Below are positions 30,694 to 41,323 of a stretch of 64,000 nt of DNA, in pieces. Position numbers and translations under genes: made by a program. The notes below the pieces were generated by a model. That model was not told where the DNA came from. It did no database searches and worked only from the letters and a program-made list of their open reading frames with translations. The DNA is from Nitrosopumilaceae archaeon (GTDB lineage Archaea; Thermoproteota; Nitrososphaeria; Nitrososphaerales; Nitrosopumilaceae): NCBI GenBank assembly GCA_965200155.1, contig CBDATR010000034.1, positions 32,001-96,000 of the forward strand, written 5' to 3'. Position 1 is the stretch's first letter. Each line of letters begins with the position of its first letter.

Positions 30694-32076
30694 TTGAAAG
30701 CCCTGCTTAGCTTACCGCTGCTGGCCGTTCTGGTATTAGTTGCAGGTATAAGCCCCGCCTTGGGAGCGCAGCTTGATGTTACAATTGACCCCGAATCTGA
30801 GTCATCGCCATTCAAGATGACATACCAGAGAACAGTACAGCTGTACTATGAGGAGAATGGTAACATTGCAGAACGGTTGCAGGGTCTGGACTCCATACTG
30901 GAAGGACAGACAGAGGTTGGGGATCCTTCCATGTTGCAGCTGGCCGAATCCATAAACTCCAAGATACGGGCCGATGGTAGCGCCGCATCCGTGGAAGATT
31001 TGACGGTAGACTACAAGTTCCAGCTTACCGGCAGGGATAACCGTGTGGATGTGGATCTTACCGTTATACTACAGGGTCACGTAGCAGAATATGTAATTAT
31101 TGAGGACCAGCTAAGAAAACTGGTGGAGCTGGGTTGGCGTGCAGTAGGCACAAGCGACCCGGTGCCTGTGGGCGATACTGACATTAACATACTTCTGAAC
31201 CTAATGGAGGTCCATCATCCTGACATTTACCACTTGGTGCAGGGCACTGCCGCGGAGGATATATTTTCAATGCCCTTGATAAACGCGGACTTTATACTAG
31301 AGCAACCAATGACTAATTGGCACTTTCTGTTTGATCCCACCGGCATCAGCTCTGATGCAGGACTCTTTGGCATGAGTGATGAACTTGCAGGCAAGGTGCT
31401 CTCCTCATGGACCATGGGTGAGAGTAGCATTCGTGAAGGTATCCAGGAGGTACTGGACTGGGATGCCGCCGTTACCGGACATACACATCCTACCATACCC
31501 GGCGATATCAGCTTCGAGGTACGGGCCCGCCAGGCACCGGATCAGGGCAATTTGAATATTATAGGATTTGGAGCGCTTGACCAATTGGATGGTATAGAGA
31601 TTGCCGGTGTGACTCCGTCTGCCCCGGACTCGGCCAATACGGCAACGGGAGACTTTCCGGTATTCATAATATATGGCATGGCAGGACTGGCAGCAGTAGG
31701 TGGCTTACTCTTCTTCTTTGTGAGTAACAGGGCACTAAAGAACGAAAAGCAGGGTCAGCAGGGCATAGACCCCCATGACTTGGTGGGTTACCAGACCAGT
31801 ACTGCTTCTGGCGGTTACCAGACCAATCGGGGTGAGGCCCAGCTCAAAAGTAACGATGACTACCAGCAGACTAGAAGCTACTATGAGCAGACCGAGTCCA
31901 CGGCTGAAACAACAGCGCCGGTACCAGATACCACTGATGAAATTACATGCTCATGTGCCGCGTCCGAGTTGATGAGCTCCGAGTGTGATTGCCAAATGCA
32001 GTACTCTTGTCTGTGTGATACTACCTGTCGTTGCTCCTCGGAGGTGTGCCGGGATCATGTGTCCTCAATGTCCTAG
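30694..32076 (+). CDS. membrane-anchored surface protein with Cys-rich (CxC) C-terminal tail
   Basis: Signal peptide, acidic ectodomain, TM helix (FIIYGMAGLAAVGGLLFFFV), tail CSC...CDC...CLC...CRC...C. Confidence 0.85.
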   Translation: MKALLSLPLLAVLVLVAGISPALGAQLDVTIDPESESSPFKMTYQRTVQLYYEENGNIAERLQGLDSILEGQTEVGDPSMLQLAESINSKIRADGSAASVEDLTVDYKFQLTGRDNRVDVDLTVILQGHVAEYVIIEDQLRKLVELGWRAVGTSDPVPVGDTDINILLNLMEVHHPDIYHLVQGTAAEDIFSMPLINADFILEQPMTNWHFLFDPTGISSDAGLFGMSDELAGKVLSSWTMGESSIREGIQEVLDWDAAVTGHTHPTIPGDISFEVRARQAPDQGNLNIIGFGALDQLDGIEIAGVTPSAPDSANTATGDFPVFIIYGMAGLAAVGGLLFFFVSNRALKNEKQGQQGIDPHDLVGYQTSTASGGYQTNRGEAQLKSNDDYQQTRSYYEQTESTAETTAPVPDTTDEITCSCAASELMSSECDCQMQYSCLCDTTCRCSSEVCRDHVSSMS

Positions 32077-32091
32077 ACATACCACACGGCC

Positions 32092-32952
32092 GTGACCATA
32101 CAAAAGGTGGACGCGCATCTAGTCAAGGGCTTTATTCCCTCCCGTATCATACACTCCCGGAAAGGCCAGAACGGCAAGGTTGTGATAGTGGGGGGGAGCC
32201 GTATATATCACGGTGCTCCGGTGTTGGCGGCCTTGGCGGCATTGCGATCCGGTACCGACTTGGCATATGTTGCCGTCCCAAAAATGAATGCCACATCCAC
32301 CAGGGCACTCTCGCCTGATGTTATAGTCATACCCACACAGGATCAAAAGATGACCCGGGGCGCGGCGCTGAAACTGGCCGGTACTCTGCCCCTGGGCCTT
32401 GATTCCGGAGTGATAGGGGTGGGACTTGATTCCACCGATGGCCTGAACATTTTGGTAGAAAAGATGGTAAATATGGATATACGTCTGGTCCTGGACGCGG
32501 GAGCCCTGAAGGCTGGAATCCCGGATATAATACAGAACAAGAACTGCATACTTACTCCCCATGGGGGCGAGTTTCGGCGCATATTTGGAACGGCGCCGCC
32601 GCAGGATGAGACCGAGCGCGCCCGTGTGGTATCAAGCAAGGCCAGAGAGTATGGAACCGTAATACTGCTGAAAGGTCATGCCGATATAATATCTGACGGG
32701 GACCGTACGTACCAGAATGCTGGTGTGGCACCGGCCATGTCTGTGGGTGGCACCGGCGATGTCTTGGCCGGGCTTGCCGCTGGCATGCTGGCCAGGAACA
32801 GGAACGCACTGGAGGCTGCCATATGCGCCTCGTACATAAACAAGCAGGCTGGCGTATACTTGCAGGGCAGGATGGGCTGCCACATGATTGCCTCGGACTT
32901 ACTTGATGTGATACCGCGTATAATGATGCCCCTGGAGGTAATCGCCCCATGA
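32092..32952 (+). CDS. nnrD: ADP-dependent NAD(P)H-hydrate dehydratase (YjeF-C)
   Basis: KGQNGKVVIVGGS, LDAGAL, LTPHGGEF and GGTGDVLAG motifs. Confidence 0.92.
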   Translation: MTIQKVDAHLVKGFIPSRIIHSRKGQNGKVVIVGGSRIYHGAPVLAALAALRSGTDLAYVAVPKMNATSTRALSPDVIVIPTQDQKMTRGAALKLAGTLPLGLDSGVIGVGLDSTDGLNILVEKMVNMDIRLVLDAGALKAGIPDIIQNKNCILTPHGGEFRRIFGTAPPQDETERARVVSSKAREYGTVILLKGHADIISDGDRTYQNAGVAPAMSVGGTGDVLAGLAAGMLARNRNALEAAICASYINKQAGVYLQGRMGCHMIASDLLDVIPRIMMPLEVIAP

Positions 32953-34229
32953 AGGTGGATACGCAGGGAATGATACGGGATCTGCAGAGGTTGATAAGGC
33001 AGCCCAGTGTCTCGGCCACCGGGCATGGCATAGAGGAGTGCGCGGGTATAGTCTAGGACATGCTGGAGGGGAGCGGTATACAGACTCGGATACTGCGTAT
33101 ACCGGGTCACGCTCCGGTAGTATGTGGTCATGTCATCTCGAAAGCAAGGAACAGCCGTACCCTTCTATTCTATGACGTACAGCCTGCCGAGCTGGATTTG
33201 TGGACTCATCCGCCCTTTGAAGGTGTGGTGGAAAATAATAGAGTGTATGGCCGGGGTGCCACCGACGACAAGGGTGATCTGGTGTCCCGCATAGAGGCGG
33301 TGCGCCGTATGGCAGAGAGCGGTGATATTCCATGCAACGTAAAATTCTTTATCGAGGGTGAGGAGGAGAACGGCAGTGCTGGTGTCCCAAAATATCTGGA
33401 GCAGTACCGGGACTTGTTATCATGTGATGCCGTTGTGTGAGAGTTTGGATACGTGGATGACTCAGACAGGTCCATCATAGGACTGGGCACCAAGGGCCTC
33501 ATGTACGCGGAACTTACAGCCAGGGGATCTGGACGGGACTTGCACTCGGGTATGGCACCAATAATACAGAACCCCGCCTGGCGCCTGGTGGGCGCCCTGT
33601 CCGTACTGGCGGGTAATGACGGGCGCATACTTGTACCACACTGGTATGATGATGCTCTGCCACTAAATGATGCAGAGAAGGGTATTCTTGATGCCATGCC
33701 TTATGACGACTCTGGCATGAAACGCAGTCTGGGCGTGGAGCGATTCGTTAAGGGCCAGGACTTGATACAGGCCAAGAGGGATCTAGCGGGTATCTGGTCT
33801 GGCTATACTGGAGAGGGCGCCAAGACTATTCTGCCAGCGTGGGCCTCGGCCAAGCTGGATATGCGACTAATTCCCGGCATGATTCCCCACATACAGAGGC
33901 GCCGCCTGCGGGATCATCTGAGTGCGTGCGGGTATGATGATATAGAAGTTACAGTGTTGCACACCGAACCCGGTGCCAGGACAAGTCCAGATGATCCCTT
34001 TGTGGGGGTGGTCCGGGGAGCGGTGAATGATGTGTATGGCAGTCACGTACTGAGTATAATATACCCGGAGACCGGTCCTGTCTGGTATTTCTTCAAGGAA
34101 CTGGGGGCCCCTTTTGTGCTGGTCGGCGGCACTCACATACATTCCAATATACACTCGCTGGATGAATACGCGCATAGATCTGCTGTAGAATACGTCAGAA
34201 ACAATGATGAAAATAATGCAAAGATTTAG
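32949..34229 (+). pseudogene. M20-family metallopeptidase/deacylase pseudogene
   Basis: One frame from ATG 32949 with in-frame stops TAG 33054-33056 and TGA 33438-33440. Motifs YDVQP (preceding His lost), GRGATDDKG, EGEEE and DLHS. Confidence 0.88.
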
Positions 34230-34648
34230 TGAATGAATCGTGGCAGTTTCTTTATCACGTGAGCCAGTGATATGCGTCCTGGACCTAGCACCATGATCAC
34301 CAACGCCGCTGCCAGTAGTACGACATCAAACTCTGTTGCAGGGCCGTCACCGGCAAATACCTGTGCCCCCTTTACCAGGAATATTGCGCCCAGCATGTAT
34401 ACGGCCAAAAGTGCCGATGATATGCGAGTAAGTACGCCTATTAGCAACAGTATACCGGGGACCAGCTCCCCCAGGGCTACTGGTATGTGCATAGCGCTGG
34501 GTATGCCCCAATTCTCTAATGCGAAGGCAAAGCCCGGATTTATCAGCTTGCCATATCCGTGTACTATAAACACAACTCCCACTGCGGCACTGAGGCCCAT
34601 CATTACAATGTCCTGAAGTATACCGCCGTGTATCTTGGCTGTAGCCAT
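34226..34648 (-). CDS. DoxX-family membrane protein
   Basis: FIVHGYGK, GE...GILLLIG and GPGRISL motifs. Confidence 0.88.
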   Translation of the reverse strand: MATAKIHGGILQDIVMMGLSAAVGVVFIVHGYGKLINPGFAFALENWGIPSAMHIPVALGELVPGILLLIGVLTRISSALLAVYMLGAIFLVKGAQVFAGDGPATEFDVVLLAAALVIMVLGPGRISLAHVIKKLPRFIH

Positions 34649-34849
34649 TGAGTGATTTTTTATTGTGCGTATTTAACCCTGTGCCATGTATTGTACGGAG
34701 ATCATGCACTCCTATCTGTTGGTATCGCCATGCAGGGCTACCAGCGTATCGTCCGCTCGTTGCAATACTGTAGTCTTAGGACTGGGGAACTATTTCAATT
34801 TGCCATTTGGTTTGCGGTCTTGTCGATGATATTTCTAATATACTAAAGA

Positions 34850-35068
34850 GCTGGCACCAAATGCAGATTCCCTCTGCTGTGTTCTATGTTGCCGCCGCGT
34901 CCACACACTTGTTACACTTGGCTATCCTCATCTGAACTATGTTATCACACGTTCCAGTCTACAATCCGTGCCTGGGCATTCGCTTGAACGAGAACACGGT
35001 TCTATTATGATATCATCTGTCCATCGTCTGTTGTGTCCTTTTACCACCTTCCAATTGCCTGTTTTTTG
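34850..35068 (-). pseudogene. IS5-family transposase 3' remnant
   Basis: Homologous to 12050-12240 (GHNRRW...FKR); an IS5 5'-end-like sequence recurs at ~35520-35565 (cf. 13064-13103). Confidence 0.65.
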
Positions 35069-35169
35069 GTATGAGTTCACCTGTGTCTAAATTTACGCAC
35101 AACTGATGGAACAGGTTGTTCTAGTTAATGTGATTTGTGCACAAGATTCCGGAAGACGTGAACTCATAC
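35069..35169. mobile_element. MITE family A, 101-bp variant, no TSD
   Basis: TIRs intact; flanks GTTTTTTG and CAACAAAT differ. Confidence 0.93.
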
Positions 35170-35235
35170 CAACAAATAGTAACAGTGACACTCATCACCG
35201 GAACAGTCAGATCCATCTCATCTCCTGAAGCGCAT

Positions 35236-35500
35236 CTACACTTCACCTGTTAGTGTTGTCTGACCGGTCCACATTGTATTGGATATCATGTCCACTTCAA
35301 ATTGTTTTGGTAATTGTTTAATGATTCTGTCTGATTCTATTCCAACATAGACCAGTCGCTCTATTATGGAGCGAATTTGTTCTCCAGTGAATACCCTGAA
35401 GGGGTACCGGTCTATGCCACTTTTTGACTTCTTTGGAATGAATGTTAGCCATTCTTCCATTCACAGTTGAAGTCAAATATCTTCCCGTTGGGGGTATCTG
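35236..35500 (-). pseudogene. orphan Type ISP R-M C-terminal fragment
   Basis: SGIDRYPF...IRSIIERLVYVGIESDRIIKQLPKQFE aligns with SGITNYPL...VRAIIERLVYVGIASDRIIDQLPEQFE of 47466..48134. Confidence 0.75.
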
Positions 35501-35696
35501 GCGTTGTCGATAAAAATTATCAAATTTATTAGAATATTTCCTGATATTAATGCCTGAATCTAATTGCTGTCAACATACGGTTGTGTGATAGAAATGCACA
35601 AACTATTTCACATCAGTGCGATTTTTCTATCTAACTTGATTGAATTATACAAACTTCTATTGTATTTATATAACCCATATAAAAAACTCCACCATA

Positions 35697-36257
35697 TTGC
35701 CTCAAACCAAGCCAATTGTTAGTGTGGAGAATGTTGTCGCCTCGGCTTCGGTGGAGCAAAAGATGGATCTCAACGAGATAACCAGAAAGTTCACCAACGT
35801 GGAGTATCATCCGGATCAGTTTCCCGGACTGGTGTTTCGGTTAGCCACTCCCAAGACTGCCACCCTGATATTTACGTCCGGCAAGATGGTATGCACCGGT
35901 TCCAAGTCCGAGGCCATGGCCCGCCATGCGGTCAAGACAGTGGTGGACAGGTTGCGCTCAGGCGGTGTGGAAGTGAGACAGGATGCCATAGTGGAGATAC
36001 AGAATATAGTGGCATCCATAAACCTGGGCGGCAGGATACACCTAGAACAGGCGGCCCGAACCCTGCCCCGCAGCATGTACGAGCCGGAGCAGTTTCCGGG
36101 ACTCATACACCGCATGCTGGATCCCAAGACCGTGATACTGCTGTTCTCCTCGGGCAAGCTGGTATGTACGGGCGCCAAGAAAGAACCTGATGTTTATAGA
36201 TCCGTGAATAATCTTCACTCCATGCTCGAAGAGAAGGATCTCATGATATACAGCTGA
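35697..36257 (+). CDS. tbp: TATA-box-binding protein
   Basis: Two repeats ENVVAS...YHPDQFPGL...IFTSGKMVCTG and QNIVAS...YEPEQFPGL...LFSSGKLVCTG. Confidence 0.97.
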   Translation: MPQTKPIVSVENVVASASVEQKMDLNEITRKFTNVEYHPDQFPGLVFRLATPKTATLIFTSGKMVCTGSKSEAMARHAVKTVVDRLRSGGVEVRQDAIVEIQNIVASINLGGRIHLEQAARTLPRSMYEPEQFPGLIHRMLDPKTVILLFSSGKLVCTGAKKEPDVYRSVNNLHSMLEEKDLMIYS

Positions 36258-36264
36258 GCATATC

Positions 36265-37368
36265 ATGGAACTAGGCGAGCTCTTTGCATTCGAGGACGAT
36301 ACCAGTCCACTAATGATGCTGATATGGATACTTCCAATCATACTGTTCGTATTCTACGGCCAGAGGATACAGCTTATGGTCTCATCATCGGAGATAAAAA
36401 AGAAGATACGCCAGCTAGACCAGTACGGGAACGAGTCAATGAAGAAGACACTATTACACGTGAAGAGCATTCCCGGAGTCAGTGGTGATTATGAAAACAA
36501 GCTTGGCATCATGGCGGACTATTTCACCATACCGCCCATGGACATGGATCCCGCGGGAGTGGTAACCAAGGTACGGCACGTGATACGTACCAGGGAGAAT
36601 CATACCAGGCGGCAGCTGGAGTCGGTACTTCGGGACTCAGATGCCCTGCAGGTTTCCAGGGTGCAGACACTCCTTGAGGTTACCGCGTCACTGCGCATGA
36701 TACACCGTATAGTCAATCACATGTATCTTACCGCCAAGAAGCAGAACAACTATCCACTAATACTGCCCTTGCAGATGATGTTGCCTACGGTAATGGAGGA
36801 AGCCGAGGCCATGCGCGGCGCCCTGGAACCCTTTGGCAGGGGTCAGCCAGTAGGTGACGGGGTGGGGCCTGCGGTGGTGGGACTCTTGATGCGCGGCCTG
36901 AAAAAAGAGGATATAGCATACCAGACTGTGATGGCTCGTACGACTGTGCGGGGGAGAGACGTACTATTGGTGAAGGCGCAGGGACCGGCCCCTGTTGTGG
37001 GAAGGCCGGATGAGGCGGTACAACATATACTGCAGGACTCTGCAATGGACGCGATAATAATGGTGGATGCGGCCCTGAGACTGGAGGGCGAGGCGTCCGG
37101 AACTGTATCTGTGGGGTTTGGCGCGGCCATTGGCGGTAGCGGGGCGGAGCGTTTCCGGATTGAGGAGTTGGCCACGCAGAAGGGTGTGCCGGTATTTTGC
37201 GTAGTGGTGAAACAGTCGGTGAAAGAGTCGGTTACTCTCATGACTGATACAATACACAAGCGAGTCAGTGATGCCCACGGCGCCCTGCTGGATATGATAC
37301 AGGATGCTCCCGGAGAGGGCAGTATTATGGTTATAGGTGTGGGAAATACCGGGGGCATTGGGCAATGA
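36265..37368 (+). CDS. DUF1512-like archaeal membrane protein
   Basis: N-terminal TM, PVGDGVGP, IIMVDAALRLEGE and GVGNTGGIGQ. Confidence 0.75.
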   Translation: MELGELFAFEDDTSPLMMLIWILPIILFVFYGQRIQLMVSSSEIKKKIRQLDQYGNESMKKTLLHVKSIPGVSGDYENKLGIMADYFTIPPMDMDPAGVVTKVRHVIRTRENHTRRQLESVLRDSDALQVSRVQTLLEVTASLRMIHRIVNHMYLTAKKQNNYPLILPLQMMLPTVMEEAEAMRGALEPFGRGQPVGDGVGPAVVGLLMRGLKKEDIAYQTVMARTTVRGRDVLLVKAQGPAPVVGRPDEAVQHILQDSAMDAIIMVDAALRLEGEASGTVSVGFGAAIGGSGAERFRIEELATQKGVPVFCVVVKQSVKESVTLMTDTIHKRVSDAHGALLDMIQDAPGEGSIMVIGVGNTGGIGQ

Positions 37369-37544
37369 TGTTTCGCAAAAAGGAGCTGCCCTCCGTACCT
37401 TATACCGAATCCGTATGTGATGGGTGCGGGGACAGGCAGAGAAGACCATTTCGGGAAGGAGACTATGTGTATGACTCGTTTCCCTGTCCTAGGTGTGAGA
37501 AGGCATGCGTGGTTACGGGAATATATGGCGAAAAGCAGGACTAG
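37365..37544 (+). CDS. small Zn-finger protein (59 aa, below ORF-track cutoff)
   Basis: MMFRKK...CDGC...RPFREGDYV...CPRC...ITGIY-like VTGIY; ATGA-coupled to the upstream gene. Confidence 0.75.
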   Translation: MMFRKKELPSVPYTESVCDGCGDRQRRPFREGDYVYDSFPCPRCEKACVVTGIYGEKQD

Positions 37545-38446
37545 AGCGTGGTTATGGTAGGCCCGTCCGGTCCAGGAATGAACGTGTGCTCGGCTTGGGC
37601 TACCACCTTGCCGCTACCCTCGACCAAGACAGGGTATGCCTTTACGGCCCTCTTGCGGATTAGGAAATTTAGGGTCTCGGCCGCGGAACTGCCAAACTCT
37701 CCGGTCAGCCACCGCACGGCAAAGGGAAGCATGTTAAAGTTGTTCCAGATATAGTCCAGCATGGTATCCGCGCGGGCGTCTTTTGTACGCCGTCTGCTAC
37801 TTAGGGAGAATATGTTTTTTATAGTACCATTCCGGACTACGCCATTGCCGTTCTTGTACGTGCAGAATGGCTCACATGCGTACGCGGAACCCTGCGCCAG
37901 GGAGAATCCACCGAAAGTCCACATGTTGGGTATGGTCTTGCCTGCATGTATGGTGTACTGATCCAGCGAGTGCCCGCTGAGATTAGCTATGGGGCGAAAA
38001 CCGGCATCCTTTATGACATGCTCGATGGCCCTGCCTATGTTGCTGGCCTTGGTGCCTGCCCTGCACATACTCATTGCCTTGCGCAGGGCGGACTCAGCTG
38101 CCTCTACTAGTGCATCATGGCTCTCATTATATGATACGGTCACCGCGGTATCCGCGATGTGGCCGTTTATGTGGGCTCCCAGATCTATCTTGACTATGTC
38201 GCCGGGCTGGATAATTGTGTCGTCCTGGGGTTCGGCAGTATAGTGGGCGGCTACCTCGTTTATGCTGGTGTTTACTGGAAAGGCGCATTGCGCCCCCCGT
38301 GACTTGATCTCGCCCTCTGTCCATTCGCATATGTCATATACACTCTTGCCGACCCAGTCTCTGTTGCGTACCATCTCCCGTACCTCACCGGCAATCTTGC
38401 CTGCACGTACATACTCCTCTAGCATGGGGTGAATACGTCGCGCCAT
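37541..38446 (-). CDS. map: type II methionine aminopeptidase
   Basis: AFPVNTSINEVAAHYT, KIDLGAHINGHIADTA, NLSGH, EPF and AQAEHT motifs. Confidence 0.96.
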   Translation of the reverse strand: MARRIHPMLEEYVRAGKIAGEVREMVRNRDWVGKSVYDICEWTEGEIKSRGAQCAFPVNTSINEVAAHYTAEPQDDTIIQPGDIVKIDLGAHINGHIADTAVTVSYNESHDALVEAAESALRKAMSMCRAGTKASNIGRAIEHVIKDAGFRPIANLSGHSLDQYTIHAGKTIPNMWTFGGFSLAQGSAYACEPFCTYKNGNGVVRNGTIKNIFSLSSRRRTKDARADTMLDYIWNNFNMLPFAVRWLTGEFGSSAAETLNFLIRKRAVKAYPVLVEGSGKVVAQAEHTFIPGPDGPTITTL

Positions 38447-38463
38447 AAAATAACTGTATGGCG

Positions 38464-39423
38464 TTATATGCGCAAGGAGTCTATCAATGGTGATACATCA
38501 ACGCTTGGCGTCTCACCTGCGGATACGTGCTGTTTGTAGGGCGGATTCTCAATGTAGCTTGGCGTCTGGGATACAACCCTTTCGGAGAATGTGGATATGA
38601 GCTCGTTATCGTAGAATACGCCTATGGGTATCTTGTTGCCCCAGTCAAGAGATCTGATGAGGGCCTGGGATAGCTTTTCGTCCAGCTCGCTGTCATCATT
38701 ATAATGGACTACGGGATCATATCCGGTGTCCTCCAGCTTGTATATACGGGAGTGGCGGCTGGCGGCATCCTTCATGTCCATGCCCGCGTACCAGTCTCTT
38801 GTGTTTATGTCATTATACGTGGGACAGGGTTGCAAGACATCCAGGAATGCGGTACCCTGGTGTCTTATTGCCTTTGTTATCATGCTTTTGAGGTGCCGAA
38901 TGTCATAGGAGTATGCTCTGGCTACAAAGGTGTAACCGGAGGTTATGGCCAGTCCTATGGGGTTTACGTTGTAGTTTGTATTGGGGTTGGGTAGGGATTT
39001 TGGTTTCTCCCACAGTCTAAGTGTGGGCGATGCTTGGCCCTTGGTCAGGCCGTATACGCCGTTGTTAAATATTATATATGTCATGTCAATGTCCCGGCGG
39101 CCTGCGGCCACAAAGTGCCCTGCCCCTATGCCCAAACCGTCGCCGTCACCGCCCACCGCGATTACGGTAAGATCCGGATTCGCCACCTTGGCCCCCTGCG
39201 CAAATGTCATGACGCGCCCGTGCAGCGTGTGTATGCCATTTGTGTTGATATAGTGGGATGTCTTGCCGGAACAGCCCACTCCGGAGAATATGGCAGTCTG
39301 ATCCCGCTCTATCCCCATGTCTGCCAGCGCCATCTGAATGGCATTTACGATACCAAAGTCGCCACAACCGGGACACCAGTCGTTGTGAACATCTGTCTTG
39401 TAGTCTGCTACCTTAAGCGCCAT
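38464..39423 (-). CDS. 2-oxoacid:ferredoxin oxidoreductase beta subunit
   Basis: WCPGCGD, HTLHGR, GGDGDG, NNGVYGLTKGQASPT and QPCPT motifs. Confidence 0.95.
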   Translation of the reverse strand: MALKVADYKTDVHNDWCPGCGDFGIVNAIQMALADMGIERDQTAIFSGVGCSGKTSHYINTNGIHTLHGRVMTFAQGAKVANPDLTVIAVGGDGDGLGIGAGHFVAAGRRDIDMTYIIFNNGVYGLTKGQASPTLRLWEKPKSLPNPNTNYNVNPIGLAITSGYTFVARAYSYDIRHLKSMITKAIRHQGTAFLDVLQPCPTYNDINTRDWYAGMDMKDAASRHSRIYKLEDTGYDPVVHYNDDSELDEKLSQALIRSLDWGNKIPIGVFYDNELISTFSERVVSQTPSYIENPPYKQHVSAGETPSVDVSPLIDSLRI

Positions 39424-41320
39424 GTGTTAACACCACTCTATGGGAGGCACCCCCTTTTATTATGTTCAGCAAGGCATCACGTATCTCTATGCATGTCATG
39501 GCTCTTCCCGTGTACTTTAGTATGTAGTGATCTATCTTTGCGCCGGTGTTCTGCTGTAGCAGTTTGCCCAACTGCCCTGTCTGGTTGGACTCTATGTCTA
39601 TTATGACCTGGACATCTTTTAGAAGAGTGGATACGTGCTCTGAGGGGAAGGGATGTAACATCTTAATCTGCACAAAGCCCACCTCTACGCCGTCATCTCT
39701 TAGCAGGGATAATGCGTCTAGAATGGCGCCCTTTGTGGAGCCCCATGATATGATGGTGTATTTTCCAGTGGCATGGGTTATGGCAAGCTCTTTTGGCGGT
39801 GTCCTTTGCAGTACCAAGTCCAGCCTCTCATATCGCTTGTCCATCATCCTGAGACGTACTACCGGGTCCTCCGTTATATGGCCGGTCTCGTCTGATTCAT
39901 CTCCTGTGTTCCAGAATATGCCGTTCTTTAGCCCCAAGTATGAACGGGGGGATATACCGTCACCGCCCAGGCGAAATCGCTTGTATCCTTCCTCGCCCTT
40001 CTCCAGTAATTTGCCCCTGTCTATGGTTATCTGTGAGGGGTCAAACACCGGACAGGTGGTAGTAGTACTGGAGAGAAGCTTGTCCATCATGTGGATTACG
40101 GGGATTTGGTATATGTCCGAGTAGTTGAAACACAGGGCAGTATCATAAAAGGACTCCTCTATGTCTCCTGAAGCGTATACGATGCGGGGGAATTCCCCAT
40201 GACCGGCATATATGGCGAATAGTAGATCATCCTGGCCGTGGCGGGTGGGCAAGCCGGTAGAGGGGCCGCTTCTCTGGTATAGTGTTATGACTACGGGTAC
40301 CTCGTTTATGCCAGCCCAGCCTATGGCTTCGGCCATGAGCGAGAAACCGGGACCGGACGTGGATGTGGATGAGCGGGTGCCTGTAAGCGCGGAGCCAATC
40401 ATCATTCCTATGGCTGATATCTCATCCTCTGTTTGCACTACCATTACGGAGAAGTTCTTGCCGTCCTTTGTTTGTAACGTACTGTTGGCCTCTATGTATG
40501 TACTTTCATCAGAAGCTGGGGTAATGGGATAATATGACTGGAATCTGCAACCGGCCACTATCTTGCCTATGGCGGTACCCTGGTGACCGTGTACAAGGGC
40601 ATTACCTGCTCTCTTGTCTATGGGGGACAGGGTACCGTGTGCTCCTGTGCCCAGTTCCTTGACGGCCCTGTCATAGGTGTATGCTGCCGCTTCTGCGTTG
40701 ATTTTGGCTATGGATTCCTTGCCCGCGAATACCTCCCGGACGGAATCTACCAATATGTCCCGGGGCATGTCCACTAATCCCGCTGATAGCGATACGCTGA
40801 GTACATTGTACATGCGTTTGAGCATTTTCAGTCGGGGGTTTTGTTGTATCTCGGCCAAATCCGAGAGTATCTCCTTGAATGATACAGGATACAGTACCAC
40901 GCCGTTCTTGGTGGCCACATCAAGGGCTCCCCGCACGGTGGGTGGCATCTTGTGATAATGCAGGTCTGCATGAATGCGTTCCCTACAGTTGGCATCCAGT
41001 GTATGCACATCCGTGGCCTCTATGTCTACTGTGTCACGATCATAAATGATGGCCCCGCCTGAAATCACCTCTGTATAGTGCCGAAATATGGTCTCCGCGT
41101 CATACGCTGCCATGACATTGATTTGTCCGGTATTGGAGCGCACTATATTATCGGAGACCCGCACCTCAAAGTAGCTGTGCTCGCCCTTTATGTTGGAGTG
41201 AAATTCCCGTTTACCAAATACCTGGTAACCCGCGATGGCTGCTACCTTGGTAAATATCACCGATGCGGTCTCCACCCCACTTCCCTGCGGTCCACCTACC
41301 TGCCATGTGAAATCGATCAC
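39413..41320 (-). CDS. 2-oxoacid:ferredoxin oxidoreductase alpha subunit (gamma-alpha fusion)
   Basis: GGPQGSG, YYPITPAS, EDEISA, TSGPGFSLM and QRSGPSTGLPT motifs. Confidence 0.95.
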   Translation of the reverse strand: MIDFTWQVGGPQGSGVETASVIFTKVAAIAGYQVFGKREFHSNIKGEHSYFEVRVSDNIVRSNTGQINVMAAYDAETIFRHYTEVISGGAIIYDRDTVDIEATDVHTLDANCRERIHADLHYHKMPPTVRGALDVATKNGVVLYPVSFKEILSDLAEIQQNPRLKMLKRMYNVLSVSLSAGLVDMPRDILVDSVREVFAGKESIAKINAEAAAYTYDRAVKELGTGAHGTLSPIDKRAGNALVHGHQGTAIGKIVAGCRFQSYYPITPASDESTYIEANSTLQTKDGKNFSVMVVQTEDEISAIGMMIGSALTGTRSSTSTSGPGFSLMAEAIGWAGINEVPVVITLYQRSGPSTGLPTRHGQDDLLFAIYAGHGEFPRIVYASGDIEESFYDTALCFNYSDIYQIPVIHMMDKLLSSTTTTCPVFDPSQITIDRGKLLEKGEEGYKRFRLGGDGISPRSYLGLKNGIFWNTGDESDETGHITEDPVVRLRMMDKRYERLDLVLQRTPPKELAITHATGKYTIISWGSTKGAILDALSLLRDDGVEVGFVQIKMLHPFPSEHVSTLLKDVQVIIDIESNQTGQLGKLLQQNTGAKIDHYILKYTGRAMTCIEIRDALLNIIKGGASHRVVLTHGA

Positions 41321-41323
41321 TAT

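Noticed and set aside
33054-33440. In-frame TAG and TGA as pyrrolysine/selenocysteine recoding
   Set aside because: The TGA replaces an expected Trp codon, and the gene has other lesions, so pseudogenisation is simpler.
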